Source: Candidatus Bathyarchaeota archaeon
GTDB taxonomy: Archaea; Thermoproteota; Bathyarchaeia; Bathyarchaeales; Bathycorpusculaceae
Length of the DNA stretch: 64,000 nt
NCBI GenBank assembly: GCA_963768425.1
Contig: CAVYHV010000013.1
Coordinates: forward strand, 39,555 to 103,554
Direction of reading: 5' to 3'
In this document: piece after piece, positions 63,957 through 64,000 of the stretch
Layout: each line of letters opens with the position of its first letter
Numbering within the stretch: position 1 is the stretch's first letter
The notes under the pieces: generated by a model
What the model was told of the DNA's origin: nothing
The model's database searches: none
What the model saw: the letters and a program-made list of their open reading frames with translations, nothing else
Position numbers and translations under genes: made by a program

Positions 63957-64000
63957 GGTATGGCTTGAGCGCCGCCTGCCCTTAACACTTCCCATACCAT

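Larger units (their letters stand above)
62777..64000 (-). mobile_element. IS110-family (IS1111-type) element; upstream end at or just beyond the window edge
   Basis: Sub-terminal IRs TATGTGAAGTCT (62780-62791) and ACACTTCCCATA (63985-63996) match 10/12; long non-coding region downstream of the transposase. Confidence 0.82.

Overview
Archaeal genomic window whose gene set (Alba, deoxyhypusine synthase, pantoate kinase, archaeal CCA enzyme, UPF0200/UPF0201, NosD-type surface proteins, class III signal-peptide pilins) fits Bathyarchaeia; that taxon is inferred from gene style, not from a search. Many genes, including cca, are split by single-base frameshifts, probably assembly indels. Main parts: (1) 1-7460, an AT-rich array of unrelated membrane or secreted-protein genes punctuated by shared non-coding modules: five TTGACT-N6-AGTCAA dyads, a shared post-stop GACCTTTTCCCA tail and a ~120-bp repeat. 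An IS1182 element sits between two inverted dyads, where gene orientation flips. This looks like a gene-cassette platform and runs off the left edge. (2) 7880-16200, accessory genes: SelO-like kinase-fold operon, PEF-CTERM beta-propeller, C2H2 micro-protein. (3) tRNA-Gln(CTG) and housekeeping/CoA genes. (4) 24009-31330, two divergent FtsZ/tubulin-superfamily genes flanked by membrane coiled-coil genes. (5) 33722-46031, a complete type IV pilus-like locus. (6) RNA-processing and mevalonate genes. (7) 61000-64000, an insertion hotspot with tRNA-Leu-derived att-like scars, a RelE-type toxin-antitoxin pair, a possible MITE and an IS1111-type IS110 element with a candidate guide RNA.
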